Shown here: in pieces, positions 16,737 through 25,332 of the stretch
Numbering within the stretch: position 1 is the first letter of the stretch
Layout: each line of letters begins with the position of its first letter
DNA from: a virus
Taxonomy: Duplodnaviria; Caudoviricetes
Strand: one strand, 5' to 3'
IMG/VR virus record: IMGVR_UViG_3300027265_000007
Location: 1-38,569 of that record
Length of the DNA: 38,569 bases
Position numbers and translations under genes: made by a program
The notes under the pieces: generated by a model
Database searches by the model: none
Seen by the model: only the letters and a program-made list of their open reading frames with translations
What the model was told of the DNA's origin: nothing

Positions 16737-19700
16737 TAGTCAGGGCCATCATACTTGACGGTGTGATAGCCGGTGTCCTGTACTTCAACCGCCGTGTGGA
16801 TCGGTGATTCATCCACCATGGTGAACGGGGCCCTGTCCGGTGGGGTCTGGTTGTTGAACAGACGGCGGACGGCCTGAACGTCCACCCGTGATTCCACCAG
16901 ACGCCTGATGGCCTTGAAGGACACTGACCCGTCCACAAGCCGCCGAAGCGTGGGGAAGCCGTCCATGGTGGCAATCAGCTTCCGGATGGTGCTGAACCTG
17001 GCTTCAGTCACGGGGTACAGCGTGATGTAGCCAGGGCTTCCGTCTGATCCGTAGGTGATGCTGGCCGTTTCGGTGTTCACCATCTGGTACACCGTGCTGT
17101 AGTAGCCACGTTGGTTCAGGGTGCTGTTCCACATCCCGCCGTTGGGATCGGCAACCCATATCGTCACGCTGGTCTGGTATGACGCCTTGGTGTAGCAGCC
17201 AACCAGGTTCAGGGTTGTGGACCCACCGTTCAGCCGCCCGTATCCTGCACCGGCAAGCTGGGCCCATGCCAGCTGGGCGTCAATGGTCCCACTGGCCATG
17301 ATGGCCAGGCCAATGCCGTCTTCGGGGTCCATTTCATACTCTGGGATGACCATGGGCAGCACCAGGGCACCGTTGGTGTTCAGCGGAAGGCTGACCACAG
17401 ATGACCTGGCAATCTCCTGGTTGCCCGTTGCCGTGATCCGGTACAGGACACCGAAGACCTGATGACACAGCGTCTGGGTGTTGGTCACGGTCTTGGGTGT
17501 GGTGCCGTTGGCAGCGTCAAGGGTGCCGCTGTCCCGCAGGTATAGCTTTGCCGTCAGCGGGTCAGGGTACTTCCACAGGTGCCGCTTGGTGTTGAAGTCA
17601 GCCGGTGGGTTCGATGGGCTGTTCCAGTCCACGGTGATCGTTGCCAGGGCGGCTTCATCCAGGGTGATCGTCAGAACACCCAGGGCTTCGTTGTAGTGCC
17701 ACTTCCGGTTCCCGCCAAGCTGGGTGGCGAAGGACGGTCCGCCGAAGGTAGGGTCAAAGGTTCCGGTGTACTCAGCCAGGGCCGTGGTTCCGATCCGGAC
17801 GGCGTAGGGCTTGCCCCAGTGGCCCAGATACCACTGTGAATCCTTGTCCACCTGGGCCGTCAGCAGCTTGCCTGACACGTCCATGGACGCCCCGCCCCAG
17901 TTGCCGTTCTGGCGGCTTCCCATGCCGTCATACGCCGCCCCGTTGCCCACATAGATGGGCGTGATGCCGTCCAGGCGTTCCCTGATCCGGTTGGCAGCCA
18001 GGGACACCACTTCATGGGCTTCTGACGTGACTTCGGGCCCAGGGGTGATGTGATGGCTGGTAGCACCCTTCTTGAAGTTGAAGTCCAGCTGGGTTGATGT
18101 GGGCCAGACAGCACGGCGTAGAACCAGCGTCATCTGCTGCTTCATGATGCCGGACAGCATATCCACGCCACCGGCCACATGGACCCACTTGGCCGTGAAG
18201 TCCTGGTACACGTCATCACCCAGTGGGCTGACAGCGTTCTGCCACCGCTGGGCTTCGGTTGTCAGTTCAGAAGCCCTGGAAGGAATCGTCCGTATGGCTT
18301 CGATCAGGCCAAGACGGGCAAAGCCGTTCATCTGGGGGTCCGAGTCCGGATACTGGGACTTGAACCAGCTGACAAGGGCATCCCTTCGGCTGGTGTAGGT
18401 GCTGTCAGAAGGCCACACGGCGGCCATGGCAGCGTAGTAGAACAGGATGCAGCCCCGTTCAGCCACATCGAAGGTCAGTCCTGCCACGTTTGAATACAGG
18501 GTATTGACCGCCCCATCGAAGACGGCTTTGGCTTCCGTGTCCCACTGGTTGTGTTCCAGGTACACGGCCCAGTCCTTGACGGCACGTCCGTTCAGGTTCA
18601 TGCCGCCGATCAGGTCACGGGTCCGGTTCGGCTTGTACGATGCCAGGGCCGCCGTGGACAGCGGGTAGTAGCCAGGGAAGACCCATGCCACGGGCCTGGT
18701 CACGGATGACCCAACCTGTATAACCCCGAACCGCTCACGGACGGAATCATTGGTCACGGCCACTGACTGGCCTTTGGCTTCCAGGATGACCATTCTTCCG
18801 AACTGGCCGGTGGTGGCCCTGGTGACCCAGGCCGCCTGTATGTTGCTTGCCGTGTGGCCGAAGGTATCCACCACGAACAGGTCAAGGACGGCCAGGGCTG
18901 ACGCGCTGACGTTCTGGGCGGTCATGCTGATTTCCGCCTGGCCAGGGTACAGGTCGGCGTCCACGGTGATCTGGAACCCTGCCACCGTCACAACCCCATG
19001 AACCCTGATCCGCTTGCGTACCTGGTCGAAGGTGACCTGCCTGGTGGTGAAGGCGTTGATGTAGGTCCTGGTCCCGCCGTTGACCGCATAGGCGAATCTC
19101 AGCTGACAAGACGGGGAATCAAGGCTGACCACGTTGAAGTAGGCGTAGGCACCCGTGATCGTGGCGTTGGACGCCAGGGACCAGTCCCACCTGGTGGCGT
19201 GGTCTGTGGATGAACCAGACGAACCGTCGAAACGGGCATACGGGGTGGTGGACCAATACGGCTGCTGAATCCAGCCGAACGGCGAAGTTCGGCACTGTGC
19301 CAGCTGGCTTTGCACCAGGCTGTTCTGAAGCCGGTTGACGGCCAGGTTGCGGAAGCCGGTTGCCCATCGTTCCAGGGCAGGGCTGTTCCGGATGACGTGC
19401 AGACCTTCTTCTTCCCACCAGGCCACTTCGGCTTCCATGGGGTTGTTGATGAAGTCGTCACCCAAGATGTAGTCAATGGCCTGTCCAGGATCGTACATCC
19501 GGACCCGCCGCAGTTCGTAGGCCCGTTCGTAGGGGGCTATGGCATTGGACTGGATGATAGACACATCCACTTCAGCTGACCGGCTGAAGGCGTTGTCACC
19601 GTAACAGGCTTCGATCATGTAGACCCAGCTGCCGTCCAGGGTCACGGGCTCAGTGAAGGACAGCGTGGCGGCAGGAAGCACGGCCACCAGGTGTTCGTTG

Positions 19701-20473
19701 ATTATGTCGGTTGTCTTCGGACGCCTGATGACCCGCCAGAACTTCACGGCGGCCACCGTGGTCCAGGACAGCGGAACCTGTGTCTGGGTTGCCGTTCCTA
19801 CCGTCAGGACGCTGGCCGCCTTGGTCTGGCCGGTCAGGACCTGCCCTGACAGAACGCCACTGACCTTGGCCTGGACGGTGTAGGTGTCCCCTGCCGTGTC
19901 GCCGGTGACATACCCAATGCAGGTGATCCCGTTCCACTCGGCTACCTGGGCCCCGTTGCGCTTGATGACCATGGACTGGATGTTGGCCAGCGTGGCGTCC
20001 GTGGCGAAGACCAGGTGGGCCCTGGTTCCCCAGCGTTCGGCCATCAGGCTTGGCCTGGTGTCCGTGATGGACCGCACCAGGTCATGGTGGAACAGCACCC
20101 CAGCGTCATCCAGGCGAAGCGTGGCCGCCCAGTCAGTTCCAGGTTCACGGTCATAGGCACCGGCCCGTGCCTTGATGAAGACGGTGACGGGGCTGGTTCC
20201 CACGGTAACCGTCAGCGGCTGGCCCCATCCTTGCCATGTGGCCCCGTTCGCAGACAGGGCCCACACCGGATAGGGCCGCCCGTCCATGATGGACAGGATG
20301 ACTGGGCCCGATCCGGTGTCACGCTGCAAGGTGAAGGTGGTCTGGGCTTCTGTCTCAGACGTGGCCGCTTGGGCGTCCAGGGGACCGATCTGGATAGGGA
20401 ATGACTTGTCCCCGCCGATGACCCCCTGGCCGCCACTGACAACCTGGCTGCCTATGTAGCCCCTGACAGTCAC
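16718..20473 (-). CDS. large multidomain virion protein (1251 aa), putative fibre/appendage component
   Basis: GTG start overlaps the upstream stop. N-terminal domain shared with the upstream gene, FN3-like segment (VPLSWT...YMIEA), Trp/Tyr/Thr-rich beta regions and a helical middle. Confidence 0.7.
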   Translation of the reverse strand: MTVRGYIGSQVVSGGQGVIGGDKSFPIQIGPLDAQAATSETEAQTTFTLQRDTGSGPVILSIMDGRPYPVWALSANGATWQGWGQPLTVTVGTSPVTVFIKARAGAYDREPGTDWAATLRLDDAGVLFHHDLVRSITDTRPSLMAERWGTRAHLVFATDATLANIQSMVIKRNGAQVAEWNGITCIGYVTGDTAGDTYTVQAKVSGVLSGQVLTGQTKAASVLTVGTATQTQVPLSWTTVAAVKFWRVIRRPKTTDIINEHLVAVLPAATLSFTEPVTLDGSWVYMIEACYGDNAFSRSAEVDVSIIQSNAIAPYERAYELRRVRMYDPGQAIDYILGDDFINNPMEAEVAWWEEEGLHVIRNSPALERWATGFRNLAVNRLQNSLVQSQLAQCRTSPFGWIQQPYWSTTPYARFDGSSGSSTDHATRWDWSLASNATITGAYAYFNVVSLDSPSCQLRFAYAVNGGTRTYINAFTTRQVTFDQVRKRIRVHGVVTVAGFQITVDADLYPGQAEISMTAQNVSASALAVLDLFVVDTFGHTASNIQAAWVTRATTGQFGRMVILEAKGQSVAVTNDSVRERFGVIQVGSSVTRPVAWVFPGYYPLSTAALASYKPNRTRDLIGGMNLNGRAVKDWAVYLEHNQWDTEAKAVFDGAVNTLYSNVAGLTFDVAERGCILFYYAAMAAVWPSDSTYTSRRDALVSWFKSQYPDSDPQMNGFARLGLIEAIRTIPSRASELTTEAQRWQNAVSPLGDDVYQDFTAKWVHVAGGVDMLSGIMKQQMTLVLRRAVWPTSTQLDFNFKKGATSHHITPGPEVTSEAHEVVSLAANRIRERLDGITPIYVGNGAAYDGMGSRQNGNWGGASMDVSGKLLTAQVDKDSQWYLGHWGKPYAVRIGTTALAEYTGTFDPTFGGPSFATQLGGNRKWHYNEALGVLTITLDEAALATITVDWNSPSNPPADFNTKRHLWKYPDPLTAKLYLRDSGTLDAANGTTPKTVTNTQTLCHQVFGVLYRITATGNQEIARSSVVSLPLNTNGALVLPMVIPEYEMDPEDGIGLAIMASGTIDAQLAWAQLAGAGYGRLNGGSTTLNLVGCYTKASYQTSVTIWVADPNGGMWNSTLNQRGYYSTVYQMVNTETASITYGSDGSPGYITLYPVTEARFSTIRKLIATMDGFPTLRRLVDGSVSFKAIRRLVESRVDVQAVRRLFNNQTPPDRAPFTMVDESPIHTAVEVQDTGYHTVKYDGPDYWVVEQ

Positions 20474-22518
20474 TAGATGTTCTCACGCTTGATGAAGGCG
20501 ATTCCCAGGGAAGACTGGTAGGCGTTCGTGTACGGGTCCCCGCCGAACGGCTGGCAGCTGTTGACCGGTGCCAGACCGGCAGCATGGGCCTGGGTCCACG
20601 GGGTGGTTTCCAGGGTGGTAGTACCGGCTGCATCACTCAGGATGAAGCGGACTTCCTTGGCCCCAGCGTTGTCCCTGGTTTCCATGGCTAACTGGTAGTA
20701 GGTGCCAGCGGCCAGCAGCTTGCCAGCTGTGGTCATGGCACCGTCAGAGTTGGTGAAGGTGTGGGTTGTGAAGTCGTAGAAGTTGGTCCCGTTGCTGATG
20801 CTCAGGTACAGGTTGGCCGGTGACCAGCCGTAGTACACCCAGGCACGGGCCATCATCAGCACGTTGGGGTTCACGGGAACGCCGGTGCCGCTGTCCCCAC
20901 ACTGGGGGTCACCGGCGTTGGTCTTCCAGTTGCCCAGGACGGCCATGGTGGATTCCGCCACCCATCCACTCGCCAGGGCTTCAGGCGTGAACTTGACGGT
21001 GATCCGCTCAGGCGTGGCGAATCCGGTGGCCGTCTTCCCGAACCACAGGGCACCACGGTTGTCAGACCCGTAGGACGTGACCTTCAGCCTGTTGGGGCTG
21101 GTGGTGGTGGCCGCTGATCCGCTGTTGGCCACTGACGTTCCCAGCCATGTGGTGTCCAGGGCCTGTCCCGCTGCAAAGTCGTTCAGCTTGAGCGTGGCTG
21201 CCGTGGTAGTGAACTGGGCGGACGTGCTGATGACCAGGTGGCTGTGGGCATCGTCCACACGAACGTGGGCGTAGTAAGCCGTACCGGCAGCCAGGCCGCT
21301 GATGCTGACACCGGCAGCCATGGTAGCGTGGGTCCGGTCAGCGTATCCGGACCAGTCGGCGGGTGGCGTGGCAGACGTTGTGACAGCCACCTTGTACGTC
21401 AGGGTGTCCCCGTCAGTGTCTGTGGCGGCTGCCGTGACGGTGGCGGCTGACTGGGATATGCCACTGACCGTGGAAGCCGTGCTGAATGTCGGTGCCACGT
21501 TGGCCGCCGATGTGGTGAACTGCACCGCCGAAGACGTGACCACGTTTCCGTGGGTGTCGGACAGCCGCACATACAGGTCATATTGCGTCCCCGCCGTCAG
21601 TGAACCAACGGTCTGGGGGCTGGCAAAGGCGGGGGCACCGGTCCAGTTCGGGGTGGCACCACGGGCCATCACTCGATAGGTTGCCGTGATCCCGTCGCCT
21701 TCCGGATCGGTGTAGGTGGCCGTGACCGTGGCACCCGTCTGGGTGATGCCGGTCACGGACGGACCCGCCCCGAAGGTAGGCGGAAGGTTGATGGCAGATG
21801 ACGGTGTGGCGGTCTGCATCTGGCTGACCACCTTGTTGCCGGTTGCGTCAGTCAGCTGCACCCACGCATAGGCGGCCACGCCGTTGGTGCCTACATACCA
21901 CTCATCACCATCGAAGGCGGCAGCAGCGTTCCAGTCAGACGTTGTGGGGGCCGTGGTGTTGGCCTTGACGATGGCCTTGGCCGTGACGGCTTCACCGTCG
22001 CCACCAGACGCCCAGACGGCTTCCAGGTGCAGCTGGCCGTCCCCACCGGTCAGGACCGGTCCGGTGCTGAAGACCGGCTGGGTGTCAGTGAACACGTCAT
22101 CCACCACGTCCGTGGGAATCCGGAAGGTCACGGTGGCGTCATCCATCGTCAGTGCCCCAGCAGGGGTGATGGCTTCGGCGGCTTTGACCCGTGGATTGGC
22201 CCAGAAGATGGTATTCCTGGCGTTGATCGGGCCCACCAGGTTCAGCGTCTGGCCCCACCCAGCCCATGCGCCTGGGGACCCGTTGCTGTCCGGTGCCAGG
22301 TTCCAACAGTCAGCCGATCCGCCGCTGACCTGGATGGGGAAGCTGCCGGTACGCTTCTTGGCGTTGACCGCCCTGACCGCCAACTTGATGGGCGTCCCTT
22401 CACGGTCAGCCCCGATCTGAAGGTCACCGTCAGTGATTGGGTTGTTGACAGTGACCAGGGACCCGTCCATGGCACCAGCCGTGGGGGTCCCGTTATAGAT
22501 GCTGATGTTGTCAGCCAT
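20473..22518 (-). CDS. fibronectin type III/Ig-like repeat virion protein (~681 aa)
   Basis: Start moved to MADNISIY (22518) behind GGGAAGG. Three ~95 aa repeats (P.F...SV.GI.Q..ATVTA..TD..GD...Y, GL.AGT.Y...VR..D.H) and a beta-rich C-terminal domain. Confidence 0.8.
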   Translation of the reverse strand: MADNISIYNGTPTAGAMDGSLVTVNNPITDGDLQIGADREGTPIKLAVRAVNAKKRTGSFPIQVSGGSADCWNLAPDSNGSPGAWAGWGQTLNLVGPINARNTIFWANPRVKAAEAITPAGALTMDDATVTFRIPTDVVDDVFTDTQPVFSTGPVLTGGDGQLHLEAVWASGGDGEAVTAKAIVKANTTAPTTSDWNAAAAFDGDEWYVGTNGVAAYAWVQLTDATGNKVVSQMQTATPSSAINLPPTFGAGPSVTGITQTGATVTATYTDPEGDGITATYRVMARGATPNWTGAPAFASPQTVGSLTAGTQYDLYVRLSDTHGNVVTSSAVQFTTSAANVAPTFSTASTVSGISQSAATVTAAATDTDGDTLTYKVAVTTSATPPADWSGYADRTHATMAAGVSISGLAAGTAYYAHVRVDDAHSHLVISTSAQFTTTAATLKLNDFAAGQALDTTWLGTSVANSGSAATTTSPNRLKVTSYGSDNRGALWFGKTATGFATPERITVKFTPEALASGWVAESTMAVLGNWKTNAGDPQCGDSGTGVPVNPNVLMMARAWVYYGWSPANLYLSISNGTNFYDFTTHTFTNSDGAMTTAGKLLAAGTYYQLAMETRDNAGAKEVRFILSDAAGTTTLETTPWTQAHAAGLAPVNSCQPFGGDPYTNAYQSSLGIAFIKRENI

Positions 22519-22555
22519 GCCTGGTCCTTCCCTGAAGCCTGGGTGATCGTGTCCC

Positions 22556-22592
22556 AGTCTATGGCGGCCCACCGGCGTTGCTGCACTGTGCT
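22556..22592 (-). promoter_or_regulatory. candidate phage late promoter (copy upstream of the FN3 gene)
   Basis: AGCACAGTGCAGC-N18-TAGACT. Confidence 0.6.
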
Positions 22593-22599
22593 TGGGAAC

Positions 22600-22673
22600 A
22601 GCAAAGGGCCCCAGGCTGTGAAGCCCAGGGCCCTTGCGCCCCCATGAACGGGGGGCATCCCGTTATGGGTTGC
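22600..22673 (-). terminator. tandem hairpins/terminator after the capsid genes
   Basis: AAGGGCCCTGGGCT-tcac-AGCCTGGGGCCCTT followed by TGCTGTT, preceded by two shorter hairpins. Confidence 0.55.
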
Positions 22674-23066
22674 CTACTCGGACGGGGCGTCCCCGCCGAT
22701 GGTGTAGCCGTGACGGCGGAACCAGTCCACCAGGTGCCCGTGTTTGGGATGATCGGCAGGGATGGCACCGTTGCCGTTGACGAACGTGATCCCAGCCGTG
22801 TCGCCAGTGAACTGACGATTGGGGCTGTAGACCATCGTGGTCTTCGGGGCCTTCTCGGCCTTCGGCTTCGGCGTGTCATCCTTCGGGCTGGCGTCCTTGA
22901 CAGCCTGGTTGGCCGCCTTGGCAGTCGCCTTGGCCGTGTCAACGGCAGCGGCCAGGTCCTTGTTCTCCGGATCGGCCTTCAGGGCGTCCTTGGCCGCCTT
23001 GACCGCTTCACCGGCTTCCTTCGCTGACGCCTTCAGGGCGTCCAGGTCGGGCTTCGTGTCGCTCAC
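22674..23066 (-). CDS. capsid-associated small protein with Ala/Lys-rich N-terminal extension
   Basis: GTG start 9 nt after GGGAAGG. C-terminal VYSPNRQFTG.TAGITFVNG.G...LVDWFRRHGY resembles the small gene usually following this MCP type. Confidence 0.65.
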   Translation of the reverse strand: MSDTKPDLDALKASAKEAGEAVKAAKDALKADPENKDLAAAVDTAKATAKAANQAVKDASPKDDTPKPKAEKAPKTTMVYSPNRQFTGDTAGITFVNGNGAIPADHPKHGHLVDWFRRHGYTIGGDAPSE

Positions 23067-23132
23067 TTGAACCATCCTTCCCGTGAACTCAGGGGGGCCC
23101 GTAGGCCCCCCTTATCACGTCCGGTGTTGGAC

Positions 23133-24137
23133 CTAGCCCACCTTGACGTTGCGGAAGGCACCAGCGGCCTTGGTGGCCTTGAGAGCCACGCAAGCCACCA
23201 TTTCCACTTCGCCGGACTTCACGGCACCAGGGGTGCTGAAGTCAGGAAGGTAGGTGTTGATCGGGGCGTCCCCAGCCATGGACACAGCGTGAACGCCGTC
23301 CAGGCCGAACCGGACGCCGTAGATGTCGGTCAGGTTGGTGATGTTGCCACCAGCACCTGCGCCGTCAGCGTCACGGGTTTCCACGGGGATGATCGGGTTG
23401 GTGGACCCAGGCTTGTCGCCCATGTCGATGAACGGAATGGCGTTGTACCGCTCCACCTGGCGTCCGAAGGCGTCCATGGTGACGTTGTAGGCCGTCGCAC
23501 GTCGGGCCACAGCACGGAACTTCGCAATCATCTTGCTGTTCATCAGCAGGGCGTCACAGCCGTCCATCAGGGCCAGCCATGCGTCCAGAAGGTCCAGGAA
23601 CTCCACATAGTTGGACGTGATGTTGGCGGACGTGGACAGGTCCACATAGCCAGCGGTCACGCCGTGGCTGACCGGCAAGAACTCGGTGGTGCTGCCCGTG
23701 ATGGCCTTGTCCAGACCATCGAAGGCGTTGGCATCGTCGCCCACGTCACCGTTGATGAACAGGTCATGGAACTCAGCACGGGCCGCCTTGACCTTCTGCT
23801 GGGTCTGGAACGTGACTTCGTTGACGATGCCACCGGTCTTGGCCAGAACTCGGTCGATCTCGAACGATCCACCGAAGATGGCCAGGTCCACCGTGTAGCG
23901 GGTCTTCAGGGCCTGTTGCGCCGTGTACTCGGAGTTGAGCGCACGGGTTCCAGCCGTGGGCTGGGTGGTAACACGGGTGTAGCCGTAGGTCAGCGTAGCC
24001 CCACCGCCAACCGGCGACACGGCGTCATCGAACTGGATGTTCTCCAGGATGAAAGACGCCTTACGGAACTCATCAATGACGCCCACCTGAACGGCGTCCA
24101 TCAGGTTCACCTGAACCTGGGCCAGTGTCAGTGCCAT
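23133..24137 (-). CDS. major capsid protein
   Basis: MALTLAQ, FDDAVSP.GGGATLTYGYTR, RALNSEY, DLAIFGGSFEIDRV, FINGD, FDGLDKA; RBS GAAGGTGA; follows the scaffold. Confidence 0.92.
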   Translation of the reverse strand: MALTLAQVQVNLMDAVQVGVIDEFRKASFILENIQFDDAVSPVGGGATLTYGYTRVTTQPTAGTRALNSEYTAQQALKTRYTVDLAIFGGSFEIDRVLAKTGGIVNEVTFQTQQKVKAARAEFHDLFINGDVGDDANAFDGLDKAITGSTTEFLPVSHGVTAGYVDLSTSANITSNYVEFLDLLDAWLALMDGCDALLMNSKMIAKFRAVARRATAYNVTMDAFGRQVERYNAIPFIDMGDKPGSTNPIIPVETRDADGAGAGGNITNLTDIYGVRFGLDGVHAVSMAGDAPINTYLPDFSTPGAVKSGEVEMVACVALKATKAAGAFRNVKVG

Positions 24138-24189
24138 GTGCTTTCACCTTCTTCCTTCTGATAGCGGGACGGCCCTGGGAAGGGCCAGT

Positions 24190-24927
24190 CTATTTGCCGT
24201 AATGGGCCCCAACGGCATCCTGAAGGCCAACCGGCTGACCGGCACCTGCACCAGCGGGGTTCCCGCCCGTGCCGATTCCGCCCGTGCCGCCCTGACCGCC
24301 AAGTGCGGCCTGTCCACCGAGTCCGCCCTGTCCCATGGCCCCCACCACAGGCTTCAGTGCTTCGATCTCAGTGGCCAGTTCTTCCTTCGTGGTGCCCTTC
24401 AGGGCCAGTACCGGTGCCAGGTCGGGGTTCAACTTGGCGTCCTTCAGGGCTTGCCGCCGCACGTCCAGCAGGGCCGATTCAGCCGCCTTCGTTTCCGCCT
24501 GGGTCAGCGTCTGAACACGCTCAGTGGCCTTGGCCAGAATGTCCTTCGGCGTGGGGGTGTCCCCAACTTCCAGACCCATGGTCTTGGCCAGCGTGGTCAG
24601 GGCTTCGGCAGCTTCAGCACCATCGGTGTTGTCTGCCTTGGCCTTCAGGGCGTCCAGGTCACCGTACTTGTCGGTGATGGATGCCAGGGCCGAACGCTTG
24701 GCCTGGGCCTTTGCGTCACGGATCAGGGCATCCATACTGGCCTGGCTCATGGTGACCACGCTCTGGCCACCACCACTTCCACCGGCTGACCCACCCTGGC
24801 CGCCGTCGCCGCCGTCAGGGTCCACATCGAAGCGGACACCGAACGGTGCAGCACCTTCGAACCCTAGACCGGCCAACAGGCCGCCACGGTTCTGGTGGTG
24901 CAGGTGGTGGAACAACTTGTGCTTCAT
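24190..24927 (-). CDS. capsid scaffolding protein
   Basis: Start moved to MKHKLF (24927). Gly-rich linker, TMSQASMDALI, KYGDLDALKAKA, helical body, Gly-rich tail ending LQDAVGAHY. Confidence 0.85.
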   Translation of the reverse strand: MKHKLFHHLHHQNRGGLLAGLGFEGAAPFGVRFDVDPDGGDGGQGGSAGGSGGGQSVVTMSQASMDALIRDAKAQAKRSALASITDKYGDLDALKAKADNTDGAEAAEALTTLAKTMGLEVGDTPTPKDILAKATERVQTLTQAETKAAESALLDVRRQALKDAKLNPDLAPVLALKGTTKEELATEIEALKPVVGAMGQGGLGGQAALGGQGGTGGIGTGGNPAGAGAGQPVGLQDAVGAHYGK

Positions 24928-24980
24928 TGGGGCCTTCCTTCTCCTGGTCTTGACCGTGCCAGTCAACGTACCTGTGGAAA

Positions 24981-25018
24981 AAGGTAGCATGACGCTACCT
25001 GTTGTCGCTCAGTGCAGC
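24981..25018 (-). promoter_or_regulatory. candidate late promoter with inverted motif, overlapping a terminator-like hairpin, upstream of scaffold/MCP
   Basis: GCTGCACTGAGC (reversed motif, 1 mismatch)-N20-TACCTT with TGn extension. Hairpin AGGTAGCG-tca-TGCTACCT plus T-run at 24978-25000. Confidence 0.45.
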
Positions 25019-25332
25019 TAGAACACATCGTCCTCTGTTGCGCCTTCAGGGTACAGCAGGGCATCCAGCATCGCCCGTGGGTCTTCGCCCGTGCGTTGCA
25101 CGTCCACGTCCACGAAGGCGACACGGGCCAGCAGGTAGAAGGCTACGGGATCGGACAGCAGGTCACCGTCAAGGAACGGCCCTGAAGGCGTGGCACGGAT
25201 GACCGGACCGGCATCCAAGGCAGCATCACGGATGACCTGGACGGCCAATGGGTCACCAGACAGGGCCCCGTCTTCCAGGACCAGTTCACCTTCCCAGCCG
25301 TCATCGTGGGTCACCCACAGCACGATCCTCAT
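25018..25332 (-). CDS. small acidic protein coupled to the MuF-like gene (candidate immunity/partner)
   Basis: TGATG overlap with the upstream stop; 104 aa, Asp/Glu-rich. Confidence 0.65.
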   Translation of the reverse strand: MRIVLWVTHDDGWEGELVLEDGALSGDPLAVQVIRDAALDAGPVIRATPSGPFLDGDLLSDPVAFYLLARVAFVDVDVQRTGEDPRAMLDALLYPEGATEDDVF

